Positions 35,333-44,300 of a stretch of DNA of 64,000 nucleotides are shown here, in pieces (position 1 is the stretch's first letter; each line of letters starts with the position of its first letter). The position numbers were made by a program, and so were the translations under genes. The notes beneath the pieces were generated by a model. That model had not been told where the DNA came from and ran no database searches. It saw only the letters and a program-made list of their open reading frames with translations. The stretch is taken from NCBI GenBank assembly GCA_964645485.1, contig CAZXZO010000007.1, forward strand, positions 441 through 64,440, written 5' to 3'. The DNA is from an uncultured Candidatus Poseidoniales archaeon (GTDB lineage: Archaea; Thermoplasmatota; Poseidoniia; Poseidoniales; Thalassarchaeaceae).

Positions 35333-36674
35333 TTGCAACCCGCGCCAATGCAACTGCTTCATCTACCAATTCTGCTGAAACTCCAAGATGGCTATTTGGG
35401 TCAAACAGAGCGTGCAATTCATCTCCATCAAATGCCGCCGCGATTGTTGGCGTCATTGCACAGACATCTTCCAAGTGGACTCCTTTCTGTAGGGATTCCA
35501 TCGAAGCAGACCGAAGAACTTCATGTGCCTCATCTCTTGGTATTCCATTTTCAACTAGAGCGATCATAACCTTTTCAGCCATGACTAATCCGTTTTGGGA
35601 ATTGATGTTGCGTAACATATTGTCTTTGTCTACGACCAGTTTACCCAAGACACGGTCACACTTAGAGAGAACGTCATCTAACAGAACAACTGAGTGAGAG
35701 AGAGTGAATCGTTCAGCACTAGAATTAGCCAAATCACGCTCATGCCAAAGCAATGCATTTTCCCAAGTTGGTAACATCATTGCTCTAACTACACGGGCCA
35801 GGCCGCAGGCATTTTCGGCGGTAATTGGGTTTCGTTTGTGAGCCATTGTAGAGGAACCCACTTGCTTTTCAACATCAAAATATTCTCCAACTTCGGCGAT
35901 TTCAGTGCGTTGTAGATTTCTAATTTCCTGTAACACCTTTTCGACACTTGTGGCTACATTTGCCATCCAGGAAACCCACTCAATGTATCTGTCTCGTCCG
36001 ACAACTTGAGTAGTTACAAGAGGAATTCCTAGACCCAAGTGAGTCATTATGTGTGCTTGAAGTTCCCTCGCGTGCTCGCCCTGTGCTGCACCGGTCCCCA
36101 CTGCTCCGAGGAATTTCCCAACACATACTCTTGGCGTGAGTTCTTGGAGTCGAATAAGGTGGCGTCTAAATTCATCTAGCCAAACTGCTACCTTCAATCC
36201 AAAAGTGATTGGCACTGCTGCTTGTCCATGTGTACGGCCAATGCAAACGGTGTCCCTCTCTCTTTCTGCTAAATCAGCAATTGTGGAAATTAAAGTACAA
36301 ATTATCTGAGTTTGTTGATCGATTGAATCCCTGATTTGTAACGCCACTGCTGTATCTACAATATCGTTAGATGTAGCCCCAAGGTGTATACACCATCCTG
36401 CATCTCCGGCTTTTTCTGCCATTGCTTTTGTGAGCGCCATTATGTCGTGCTTAGTTTCAGCCTCAATTTCTTCAACTCTTTCCTTGGTTACAATGTCAGG
36501 GTCTGAGATCGCTGCAACTGTATCATAATCTGATTGAGAGACTTTCCCAAGTTCTTTGTGGGCCCAAATCAAGGCTCTCTCCACCTCTAGTTGACGTGAG
36601 TGACGTCCGAGGTCAGACCAGATGTCTTTGACAGCGTCGCGACCGTACCGATAATCTAGTGGACAGAGTGGCAT
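35325..36674 (-). CDS. purB: Adenylosuccinate lyase
   Basis: PLDYRYG, GATSNDIVDTA, and the signature SSTMAHKRNP. Start moved to ATG 36674 (MPLCPLDYRYG, GAGGA upstream), which removes the overlap with the next gene. Confidence 0.93.
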   Translation of the reverse strand: MPLCPLDYRYGRDAVKDIWSDLGRHSRQLEVERALIWAHKELGKVSQSDYDTVAAISDPDIVTKERVEEIEAETKHDIMALTKAMAEKAGDAGWCIHLGATSNDIVDTAVALQIRDSIDQQTQIICTLISTIADLAERERDTVCIGRTHGQAAVPITFGLKVAVWLDEFRRHLIRLQELTPRVCVGKFLGAVGTGAAQGEHARELQAHIMTHLGLGIPLVTTQVVGRDRYIEWVSWMANVATSVEKVLQEIRNLQRTEIAEVGEYFDVEKQVGSSTMAHKRNPITAENACGLARVVRAMMLPTWENALLWHERDLANSSAERFTLSHSVVLLDDVLSKCDRVLGKLVVDKDNMLRNINSQNGLVMAEKVMIALVENGIPRDEAHEVLRSASMESLQKGVHLEDVCAMTPTIAAAFDGDELHALFDPNSHLGVSAELVDEAVALARVAIK

Positions 36675-36729
36675 TGGAGTATCCTCAAACCGGCCGAGAA
36701 GGGACTTTGGTTTGAGCGTAACGCCCCAA

Positions 36730-37512
36730 TCATTCAGCAAAAGAAACGCCTTCAATCAATAAATGTCCCCTTTGACCAGTCCAAATAGGGTCTCCATTAA
36801 TCTTTATTTTTTTGTTCATCCAAGGGGTTTTTAGGATAGTGGTTTCAAATTCTCCTCCCTCACCATCTACTGAAAATCGGTGGATTCTAGCAAGTGATTC
36901 TAATTCAGTCAAATTAATACTATCCAGAGTCTTACCGACCCATTTTTCATCTAATCCTTCACAAGATATCGAACTCAATAGGAATTCAAATCCATGATTG
37001 ACAAGGTCACGCATGTGGTCTTTGGCTTTGTGGTGCCAGAGCGGGCAAAAAGATTTGACTCCAAGTCTTTGAGCCATGCGTTCAATTCTGGTTTTTTGAT
37101 AATCGCTGCGTAGTGCACCTGTGACTATTGCATCTATAGGTGCATTCGGGATTAATTTGGTAATGGGCTGTGAATTATTGATGTTGAAGTCAAATAAATT
37201 GGAAATTTCACTACTTGTCAGAGTCTCTTCTGTGGTTGAAGAAGAATCGCCCTCAATAATTGGACGCAAATTATTCTCTAGTTCACCAATTTCTGTAGGT
37301 TCATCACCACTTATGTCGACAGGTAACCAAGGTATGCCACCCGAACTAGCTTGCAATCCTGCTACCGAAGTTGCTGGCACTTGGAACATCATGGAGTCTC
37401 CTCCTGTAATGTTGATAGTGACGATACCGGCGACATCCCACCCCTTTAGCAGAGACCACCAAATTGCGTAGCACGAATCTTTCCCTCCAGATGACAGGAC
37501 AATGACTCGCAT
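36730..37512 (-). CDS. PP-loop ATPase of the MJ0570 / diphthine-ammonia ligase (Dph6-like) family
   Basis: MRVIVLSSGGKDSCYAIWW (SGGKDS PP-loop) and C-terminal GEGGEFET. Start moved to ATG 37512. Confidence 0.75.
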   Translation of the reverse strand: MRVIVLSSGGKDSCYAIWWSLLKGWDVAGIVTINITGGDSMMFQVPATSVAGLQASSGGIPWLPVDISGDEPTEIGELENNLRPIIEGDSSSTTEETLTSSEISNLFDFNINNSQPITKLIPNAPIDAIVTGALRSDYQKTRIERMAQRLGVKSFCPLWHHKAKDHMRDLVNHGFEFLLSSISCEGLDEKWVGKTLDSINLTELESLARIHRFSVDGEGGEFETTILKTPWMNKKIKINGDPIWTGQRGHLLIEGVSFAE

Positions 37513-37623
37513 GTAGTGCGGATGAAGCCGAGGGTGAAAAAGAAGTGGGCGATGCTTGAGATTGTGGTTCTTGGTTCTCAAGGTTCATAAGAGTCCGTCT
37601 GACAGCCGGGCTTAGGTGAGCAG

Positions 37624-38349
37624 ATGCAACCAAGCGGAAGAGGATACGACCACGGAATCACAACATTCAGTCCTGATGGCAGATTGTTTCAGGTAGAATA
37701 TGCAAGAGAGTCTGTCAAAAGAGGTACAACGACTGTTGGATTGAAGTATCGTGGTGGAGTTTTACTTATTGTTGACAAGCGAATTGCAAGCCGTTTGATT
37801 ATTCCAGAGTCAATTGATAAAATCTACAAAATTGATGACCACATTGGATTTGCAACATCTGGACTTGTTGCAGATGCGCGACAACTTGTAGCACGGGCTC
37901 GGGCAGAGTGTCAGATTAACCGTATTACATATAGCGACAAAGTTCCAGTTGACATCTTGACAAAGAAAATCTGTAATTTCAAGCAATCCTTTACCCAATA
38001 TGGTGGGACTAGACCTTTTGGAACAGCCTTGTTGATTGCAGGCGTTGATGAAAACGGTATTCACCTTTACGAAACCGACCCAAGTGGAGCATACCAATCC
38101 TACCACGCTGGTGCAGTTGGAAGAGGAAGGAACTCAGTTGTAGATTTCTTCGAAAACAAATGGAAAAAGAACATGACTCAGAATGCAGCGGTTAAACTCG
38201 GACTAGAAGCGCTACGTTCATCTTTAGAAGATGAGGATTTGAACAAGAACGCGGTACAGATTGCAGTTTTAGACAAAAATGGATTCCGATTGATGGACCT
38301 AGAAGAAACAATTGGACACATAGACAAGTTACCTGCTAAAGAAGATTGA
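37624..38349 (+). CDS. psmA: Proteasome subunit alpha
   Basis: YDHGITTFSPDGRLFQVEYA, and GTRPFGTALLIAGVD. Confidence 0.97.
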   Translation: MQPSGRGYDHGITTFSPDGRLFQVEYARESVKRGTTTVGLKYRGGVLLIVDKRIASRLIIPESIDKIYKIDDHIGFATSGLVADARQLVARARAECQINRITYSDKVPVDILTKKICNFKQSFTQYGGTRPFGTALLIAGVDENGIHLYETDPSGAYQSYHAGAVGRGRNSVVDFFENKWKKNMTQNAAVKLGLEALRSSLEDEDLNKNAVQIAVLDKNGFRLMDLEETIGHIDKLPAKED

Positions 38350-38405
38350 TTTCAGCGAAGATGCTATGCGCATCTCCTCTCCTCGCTCATTTTGGAGGTA
38401 CGCTC

Positions 38406-39095
38406 ATGGTCAGTATGGATGACGCCGTTATCGCCCGTCTAGAGAAAGGCGGAAAGAGGTATGAAGTGTTGGTTGACCCTGATTTGGTTCATCAATGGAA
38501 GGATGACCAAAGTAGTGTAGAACTAGATGATTTATTGGCAACCGATGAGGTGTGGCATGATGTCAAGAATGGCGAAAGGCCAACGAGTGACAAATTAGAA
38601 GCAGTTTTTGGAACCGTTGAGTTAGAGCAATGCGTTCAAAAAATTCTATTGGAAGGGAGTATTCAACTCACCACTGACCAGAGGAAAAAAATGATCGAAG
38701 AAAAGACAAGACAAGTTATTGCCGACATTTGTATGCTAGGTATAGACCCTCAAACCAAACTCCCACACCCGCCACAGAGAGTTGAGAACGCTCTTATTGA
38801 GGCTAGATTCAAAGCAGATCCATTCAAATCGGTTGAAAAACAGGTCAAAGATGCAGTTGCGATGATTAGGGAATTAATTCCTATTTCTTTTACGACAGTG
38901 AAGTTAGCCTTCAAAGTAGGTGGCACAAATTATGGCTCGGTATTTGCCTTAGTCAGGGAGGAAGTCCTACGTGAGGATTGGTTAGAGAATGGTGATTGGG
39001 CTTTCACTGTGGAAATACCTGCTGGGATGAAAAATGATTACATCGCTAAAGTTGGGAAAAGAGCCCCCGATGTTGTGGTAAAAGAGTTGAAGTGA
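38406..39095 (+). CDS. SBDS-family ribosome maturation protein
   Basis: AVIARLEKGGKRYEVLVDPD at the N-terminus; conserved position after psmA in the archaeal exosome superoperon. ATG 38406 is preceded by GGAGGT. Confidence 0.85.
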   Translation: MVSMDDAVIARLEKGGKRYEVLVDPDLVHQWKDDQSSVELDDLLATDEVWHDVKNGERPTSDKLEAVFGTVELEQCVQKILLEGSIQLTTDQRKKMIEEKTRQVIADICMLGIDPQTKLPHPPQRVENALIEARFKADPFKSVEKQVKDAVAMIRELIPISFTTVKLAFKVGGTNYGSVFALVREEVLREDWLENGDWAFTVEIPAGMKNDYIAKVGKRAPDVVVKELK

Positions 39096-39167
39096 ACTGA
39101 CTCAATTAGTCATTTAATATGCAACGGTTATAGATGATGGGCCGGTCGGCCGGCTCGGAGAAGAAAC

Positions 39168-39872
39168 ATGAGTAATAGTGGCGCCTCGGATGGGCGCACT
39201 TTGGCTGCATCCGGCAGCCTGGTGATACCCGGCGATAAAATTAGTTCTGATACAAGTGGCCAACTTGGTCACGGAGTCATTAAAGTGAATGATGAATTGA
39301 TAGCAACCAAACTTGGTTACTTGGTTGAAAAGTCGGGTGAAGTTTCAATTCTTCCAGTACATACGGCTTACTTTCCTAGACCTGGTGATTTAGTGGTCGG
39401 GTACATTGAAGGCATGAGATCTAATATTTGGTTTATTGACCTAAATGCCCCATTCAATGCTATTCTTCCTATGAGTCTCGCTCCAATGAAGATTGAATAC
39501 GGCGGAACTCGAGATGCAATGGATGTAGGAACTACAATTTTGTGTCGCGTTCAGGAAGTAGATGAAGCCCACTCTTCAGTTGTAACAATGAAGGGAATGG
39601 GATTGAGGAAAGTTAATTCTGGATTCGTTGATACAATCCCTCCTCATCTAGTGGGTACAATTTCGAGTGGTTCAAATGCAATCATCCAGCAACTCAAAGA
39701 TGCAAGTAATTGCAGAATAATCTTAGGTGCAAATGGCAGAATTTGGGTTGATGGAGAACCTGAAGGCATTCGAATAGTGCGAGATGCATTAGCATACGCA
39801 CGTGATAATCAACATTCAACTGAATTGGCAGCTGGTATTGCTAGCCAATTAGCAAACGGAAATGGAGAGTGA
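39168..39872 (+). CDS. rrp4: Exosome complex RNA-binding subunit Rrp4 (S1 + KH)
   Basis: PGDLVVGYIEGMRSNIWFIDLNAPFNAILP (S1), a KH-like C-terminal half, and its position before rrp41. Confidence 0.9.
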   Translation: MSNSGASDGRTLAASGSLVIPGDKISSDTSGQLGHGVIKVNDELIATKLGYLVEKSGEVSILPVHTAYFPRPGDLVVGYIEGMRSNIWFIDLNAPFNAILPMSLAPMKIEYGGTRDAMDVGTTILCRVQEVDEAHSSVVTMKGMGLRKVNSGFVDTIPPHLVGTISSGSNAIIQQLKDASNCRIILGANGRIWVDGEPEGIRIVRDALAYARDNQHSTELAAGIASQLANGNGE

Positions 39873-40600
39873 TGAAAATGGGATATGGTGACGTCCAAAT
39901 GATAGATGAGAACGGCAATCGCGTAGATGGCCGGAAAGCAGGGGATATACGACCCATTGAAATTGAAATGGGAGTGGTTCCCGTTGCAGATGGTTCAGCA
40001 AGTATGCGATGGGGCACAAATTATGTTATTGCCTCGGTATATGGTCCTATGGAGGCTCATCCAAGAAAGATTCAACGCCAAGAGCGAGCGGTTCTTGATG
40101 TTCGCTACAACATGGCACCTTTTTCAACTACAGACAGATTCCGTCCTGGATTCAACAGACGCAGTCGGGAAATTAGCAAAGTGACAGCAGATGCTTTAGA
40201 GTCAGTTGTTTTACTCGAACTTTATCCACGAAGTAAAATACGTGTTGAAATTGAGGTCATTTGTGCTGAAGCAGGAACACGTTGTGTTGGCTTAACTGCG
40301 GCGTCACTTGCTCTAGCAGATGCTGGTATACCAATGACAGACATGGTAGTCAGTGTTGCAAGTGGAAAAATCAACGGTGTAGTTGTTTGTGACCTGAATA
40401 AGGAAGAGGATAATTATGGAGCAGCCGATTTACCCATGGGTGTCCTTCCAAACACTGGGGAACTTGTTTTCCTACAAATGGATGGTGACCTTTCACCTTC
40501 TGAATTCCAAGAGGCTTGGGATTACAATATGGAAGCCGCGTTAAAAATTCACGAATTAATGAAGGAAGCAATTGCTAACAAATACGGTGGTGGTCAATAA
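39869..40600 (+). CDS. rrp41: Exosome complex exonuclease Rrp41 (RNase PH fold)
   Basis: RVDGRKAGDIRPIEIEMGVVPVADGSASMRWGTNYVIASVYGP. Start overlaps the rrp4 stop (GTG 39869, ATG 39872). Confidence 0.93.
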   Translation: MMKMGYGDVQMIDENGNRVDGRKAGDIRPIEIEMGVVPVADGSASMRWGTNYVIASVYGPMEAHPRKIQRQERAVLDVRYNMAPFSTTDRFRPGFNRRSREISKVTADALESVVLLELYPRSKIRVEIEVICAEAGTRCVGLTAASLALADAGIPMTDMVVSVASGKINGVVVCDLNKEEDNYGAADLPMGVLPNTGELVFLQMDGDLSPSEFQEAWDYNMEAALKIHELMKEAIANKYGGGQ

Positions 40601-41379
40601 TGGCTCAACCCCTAGTTCCTGAATTACTGCGCGCTCACTTAGCAGAACTTGCATCTAGAGACCAAAGAGCAGATGGTCGAGGCCAATGGGAAGGCCGAGA
40701 ACTCTCGGTGGAAGTGGGAGTACTTGACCGAGCAGAAGGTAGTGCAAAAGTGCAAATGGGAGATACAATCGTATTTTGTGGTATCAAATTCCAACTTCAA
40801 ACCCCTTATCCTGACAGACCTGATGAAGGAGGTCTGATGACTAGTGCTGAATTGAGACCATTAGCAGGGCGCCATATTGAACCCGGGCCACCAAGCCCTG
40901 AAAGTATCGAAATCGGTAGAGTTGTTGACAGAGGAATTCGCGAATCTGGTTGTATCGACACCAAGGATTTGTGTATTATTCCAGGTGAAAAAGTCTGGCA
41001 AGTCATTATTGATTGCTTTGCTATCAGCGATGATGGTAATTTATTCGATGCCTTTGGATTAGCAGCGATCGCTGCGCTCCACAACGCAACTCTTCCAGGC
41101 GAACGGTTTGATGTTGGTGAAGATAAGAAGTTACCAGTTAACAAAACCCCAATAATGTGTTCATTCCAAAAAGTAGGGGGAAGGTTCGTTTATGATTCAA
41201 ATAGAGAAGAAGAAGTTGGTGGTGATGAAAGAATTCACATCACACTTGGAGAAGACGACCATGTCCACTCTTTGCAGAAGGGATTAAAGGGAGTGTTCTC
41301 GGCGAGCGAATTCGTAGAAATCATGGATGCGGCTAAGCAACGATGTGCAGAGTTGAGAAAAATAGTAGATTCATTGTGA
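40600..41379 (+). CDS. rrp42: Exosome complex subunit Rrp42 (RNase PH-like)
   Basis: RADGRGQWEGRELSVEVGVLDRAEGSAKVQMGDTIV. ATG overlaps the rrp41 stop by 1 nt. Confidence 0.9.
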   Translation: MAQPLVPELLRAHLAELASRDQRADGRGQWEGRELSVEVGVLDRAEGSAKVQMGDTIVFCGIKFQLQTPYPDRPDEGGLMTSAELRPLAGRHIEPGPPSPESIEIGRVVDRGIRESGCIDTKDLCIIPGEKVWQVIIDCFAISDDGNLFDAFGLAAIAALHNATLPGERFDVGEDKKLPVNKTPIMCSFQKVGGRFVYDSNREEEVGGDERIHITLGEDDHVHSLQKGLKGVFSASEFVEIMDAAKQRCAELRKIVDSL

Positions 41380-41388
41380 GGTGTTTGA

Positions 41389-41796
41389 ATGGCAAAGCGA
41401 ACTAAGAAAGCAGGACTCGAAGCAAGATTCGGAGCTAGATACGGTGTGAGTGTCAGGCGAAGAGCCTCATCCGCACTAAGAAAGGTAAAGAGAGAATACT
41501 CTTGTCCAGTATGTCAATATCAAAAAGTAAGACGTGAATCTGCTGGTATTTGGGCTTGCAGAAAGTGTGGCCACACATTTGCTGGTGGAGTCTGGCAACC
41601 TTTTACCAGAGCATCTGATGCAAATAATAGGATTATTCGCAGGTCTGTTGAAGGAGCAACCGCTACTGATATGGCATTGATAGCCCAAAATGCTGCTATT
41701 GAATATGAGCGTACTTTGAATGAAGAAGACCAAGATGCTCCACTAGAAGAAATTACCACCGAAGGAGATGGTGATGATGGTAGCGAAGAAGAGTGA
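41389..41796 (+). CDS. rpl37ae: Large-subunit ribosomal protein L37Ae (eL43) with acidic C-terminal extension
   Basis: RFGARYGVSVRRR, and zinc ribbon CPVC...CRKCGHTFAGG. The roughly 40 extra C-terminal residues end in EGDGDDGSEEE. Confidence 0.9.
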   Translation: MAKRTKKAGLEARFGARYGVSVRRRASSALRKVKREYSCPVCQYQKVRRESAGIWACRKCGHTFAGGVWQPFTRASDANNRIIRRSVEGATATDMALIAQNAAIEYERTLNEEDQDAPLEEITTEGDGDDGSEEE

Positions 41797-42022
41797 TGTT
41801 TGTACTGCAACTCTCACTTTAAGTCAAAATATTGATGTTAATTCATTGGCTGCAGCTTTAGCAACTGAAGATGTAGACATCAAAACCGATTCATCTTCTC
41901 TCTCCGTGGAAGTATCTGCTGACAACATATCTGACCTTAGAGCAAGGCTCAATACTACACTTCGCTCAATTCAGGCCGCATCCGAGTCACTTATTGAGGT
42001 CAACCGTAGCCGATTAGATTGA
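41768..42022 (+). CDS. pcc1: KEOPS complex subunit Pcc1-like
   Basis: 84 aa. SADNISDLRARLNTTLRSIQAASESL matches the Pcc1 pattern (A-D...LRa.vNs.lR.i). Superoperon position after L37Ae; the start overlaps the rpl37ae 3' end by 29 nt. Confidence 0.65.
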   Translation: MVMMVAKKSDVCTATLTLSQNIDVNSLAAALATEDVDIKTDSSSLSVEVSADNISDLRARLNTTLRSIQAASESLIEVNRSRLD

Positions 42023-42032
42023 GGGATAAAGA

Positions 42033-42353
42033 ATGGTAACCGAAGATATTAGGCAAAGATTGCAGATGGTAGTTGCTGAACTACAGAGTTCAGCCCAACA
42101 AGTCGCGTCTATTGGCGGACAAATTAAGGAGTTAGAAGCCACACTTGAGCACCTATCTACACAAGAAGAAGATAGAGCAGTTTATCGCCAATCCGGACCG
42201 CTTCTGTTAGAGGTAAGTGATAGGGAAAAATTGTCTGAGGATATTGAGGCGACCATTACCACACTCAAAGAGCATGAACAAAGATTAGTTACTCAAGAAG
42301 AGACCCTTCGAACTCAATACGATCAGATGGTAAAACAGTTTGAGGGTTCGTAG
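42033..42353 (+). CDS. pfdB: Prefoldin subunit beta
   Basis: 106 aa, with two coiled-coil arms flanking the hairpin VYRQSGPLLLEV; superoperon position. Confidence 0.8.
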   Translation: MVTEDIRQRLQMVVAELQSSAQQVASIGGQIKELEATLEHLSTQEEDRAVYRQSGPLLLEVSDREKLSEDIEATITTLKEHEQRLVTQEETLRTQYDQMVKQFEGS

Positions 42354-43339
42354 TGACAGAGACAAATGATGACCTCACAATGTTTCACCATTGGGTCACG
42401 GACAAATCTGAGAAAGGCGCAATTGCAATTGTTTCTCATAAAAATGGTGATATGGACACTATTGGCTCTGCTGTTTGCTTGGCATCTTTGATTGGTCCTG
42501 GTGCTAAAGCCTGTGGGATTTATGTTTCCAAGGTCGCAAAAAGAGTGTTGGCAGATGTTGAAGGTTCCTTTCATTTGATGGATTCTAACAGACCAATGTG
42601 GCCTAGAACATTAGCAGGAATAATTGTTGTAGATTGCGCTTCATATTCTCAAACAGGATTACAATTGCCTGCTGACGTACCAATTTGTGTAATTGACCAT
42701 CATCAAGGCGGTAGTGAATGGCAAGAGGCAGAACTGGTCATCTGTTGGGATGTTAGTTCTACAACCGAAATAATTCATAGATATGCCGAACATTTTGATT
42801 TGAAAATGGATAATAATTCTGCAACTCTATTATTGGCTGGAATCGTGACTGACACAGGGAGATTCAAACATGCAAATGGTGGGTCATTCATTGCTGCTGG
42901 CGAATTAATTGACAAATACTCTCTAGATTATGCAGCCTTCATAGAATCTATAGAGCGGGATGAATTGAACCATTCTCAAAAAATGGCAATTGCAAAAGCC
43001 CTATCTAGATTAGAATCAATTGACGCTGGTGAATGGTTTCTTCTACACACATCAGGCAGCACAAATGAGGGTATTGTTGCCAATTCACTGTTGTCTGCAG
43101 GAGCAGATGTTGCATTAGTGGTAAGAAGGGCTGAAAATGAAACGAGATTGATTGGTAGAGCAAGTAGGTCAGCAGTGAATGATGGTGTCCATCTAGGTGA
43201 AATTATGGCAGAATTATGTGATACCTTAGGTGGGGAAGGCGGTGGCCATTCTGGCGCTGCAGGATGGTCTGGAGATGTCCCTAGCATCACAGCCCGCTCT
43301 GGATTTATCTCAGCGCTATCAAGCATTAGGAGAGATTGA
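42353..43339 (+). CDS. DHH/DHHA1-family phosphoesterase (NrnA-like nanoRNase / pAp phosphatase type)
   Basis: Motifs VSHKNGDMDTIGSA, VVDCAS, VIDHHQ, GIVTDTGRFK, and DHHA1 GGGHSGAAG. GTG overlaps the pfdB stop (TAGTG). Confidence 0.85.
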   Translation: MTETNDDLTMFHHWVTDKSEKGAIAIVSHKNGDMDTIGSAVCLASLIGPGAKACGIYVSKVAKRVLADVEGSFHLMDSNRPMWPRTLAGIIVVDCASYSQTGLQLPADVPICVIDHHQGGSEWQEAELVICWDVSSTTEIIHRYAEHFDLKMDNNSATLLLAGIVTDTGRFKHANGGSFIAAGELIDKYSLDYAAFIESIERDELNHSQKMAIAKALSRLESIDAGEWFLLHTSGSTNEGIVANSLLSAGADVALVVRRAENETRLIGRASRSAVNDGVHLGEIMAELCDTLGGEGGGHSGAAGWSGDVPSITARSGFISALSSIRRD

Positions 43340-43340
43340 A

Positions 43341-44300
43341 ATGCCAACTGCGTTTGAATTGTATGAGTTGCATTGTGCCGAGCCATTATCTGATGATACC
43401 ATCAAGAATTTTGAAGATCAATTTGGTTTAGCAGAGGCAGCAATAATTGCAGGAGATGTTGATTTTTCTTTGAAAATGGATGTATTTCTATCAGATGCTG
43501 AATCCAAATTCCTTAAGTTCCGCCACTCCCAATTAAACAATGATTTTGACGCTGCTCAAAATTTTCTAAAAGAAAGTGTAGAATCAAGTCGAAGTGCAAG
43601 TGAACGAAACCACACTTTGGAAGCCCGTTCTCGTATGGAATGGGGCTTGTTACGTTTCACTGCCGGAGAAGAAGAGGAGGCCGGTGTTGATTTGCGCTGG
43701 GCTATGGAGAGACTCAAGGCAATTGAGGAAGGGAGCATTGCTCATGGTATTGCGACTCTAAACTTAGCAGAATGGCACACTTCTAGAAATGAGGGAATTA
43801 TGGCTTTAACGATTCTCTCAGATATTAATAGAGAAGGACCACATGAAGAACCAATAATCGCAACTAGCAGATTACAAATTTCTTGTCTTCTTTTTGAATT
43901 AGGAGATTATGTGTCTAGTCAGCGCCATGCATGGGTGGCATTTGATCTATGTTCTAGAAGTGAAATGATGGAATCCGCGCACCAATCTGCGTTAATTTGG
44001 ATGGACTTAAGCCTCACTAAGATTGACGATTCTTCGCCACGCATGGCTGAAATAGTTAGAGATGCGGCCCCAAGAGAAATAGGACAGAACACTAATTGTT
44101 CTGCCCATCGAGAAGACCTGAAAGAAGTTGTAGAATGGTGTACTAACAACTGGACCCTTGGATTTGAAGGGAAATCTAGGCCAGATATTGCAGTTTTATT
44201 AGAAGCAGAAAAAAATCTCGGTCTTGACAATTTTTCCAATATGGTAAGAGAATCTGAGAAAGCGGCTGACCCAATTGTTCTCGCTATGATTGGTCACTAA
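43341..44300 (+). CDS. Helical-repeat hypothetical protein
   Basis: Start moved to ATG 43341, 1 nt after the DHH stop. Composition looks all-helical; no recognised motif. Confidence 0.6.
   Translation: MPTAFELYELHCAEPLSDDTIKNFEDQFGLAEAAIIAGDVDFSLKMDVFLSDAESKFLKFRHSQLNNDFDAAQNFLKESVESSRSASERNHTLEARSRMEWGLLRFTAGEEEEAGVDLRWAMERLKAIEEGSIAHGIATLNLAEWHTSRNEGIMALTILSDINREGPHEEPIIATSRLQISCLLFELGDYVSSQRHAWVAFDLCSRSEMMESAHQSALIWMDLSLTKIDDSSPRMAEIVRDAAPREIGQNTNCSAHREDLKEVVEWCTNNWTLGFEGKSRPDIAVLLEAEKNLGLDNFSNMVRESEKAADPIVLAMIGH

Noticed and set aside
36675-36755. 27-residue N-terminal extension of purB (and the similar extension of the Dph6-like gene, 37513-37581)
   Set aside because: The conserved N-termini begin at the internal Met residues (MPLCPLDYRYG; MRVIVLSSGGKDS). 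The extensions would create long overlaps and are not family-like.
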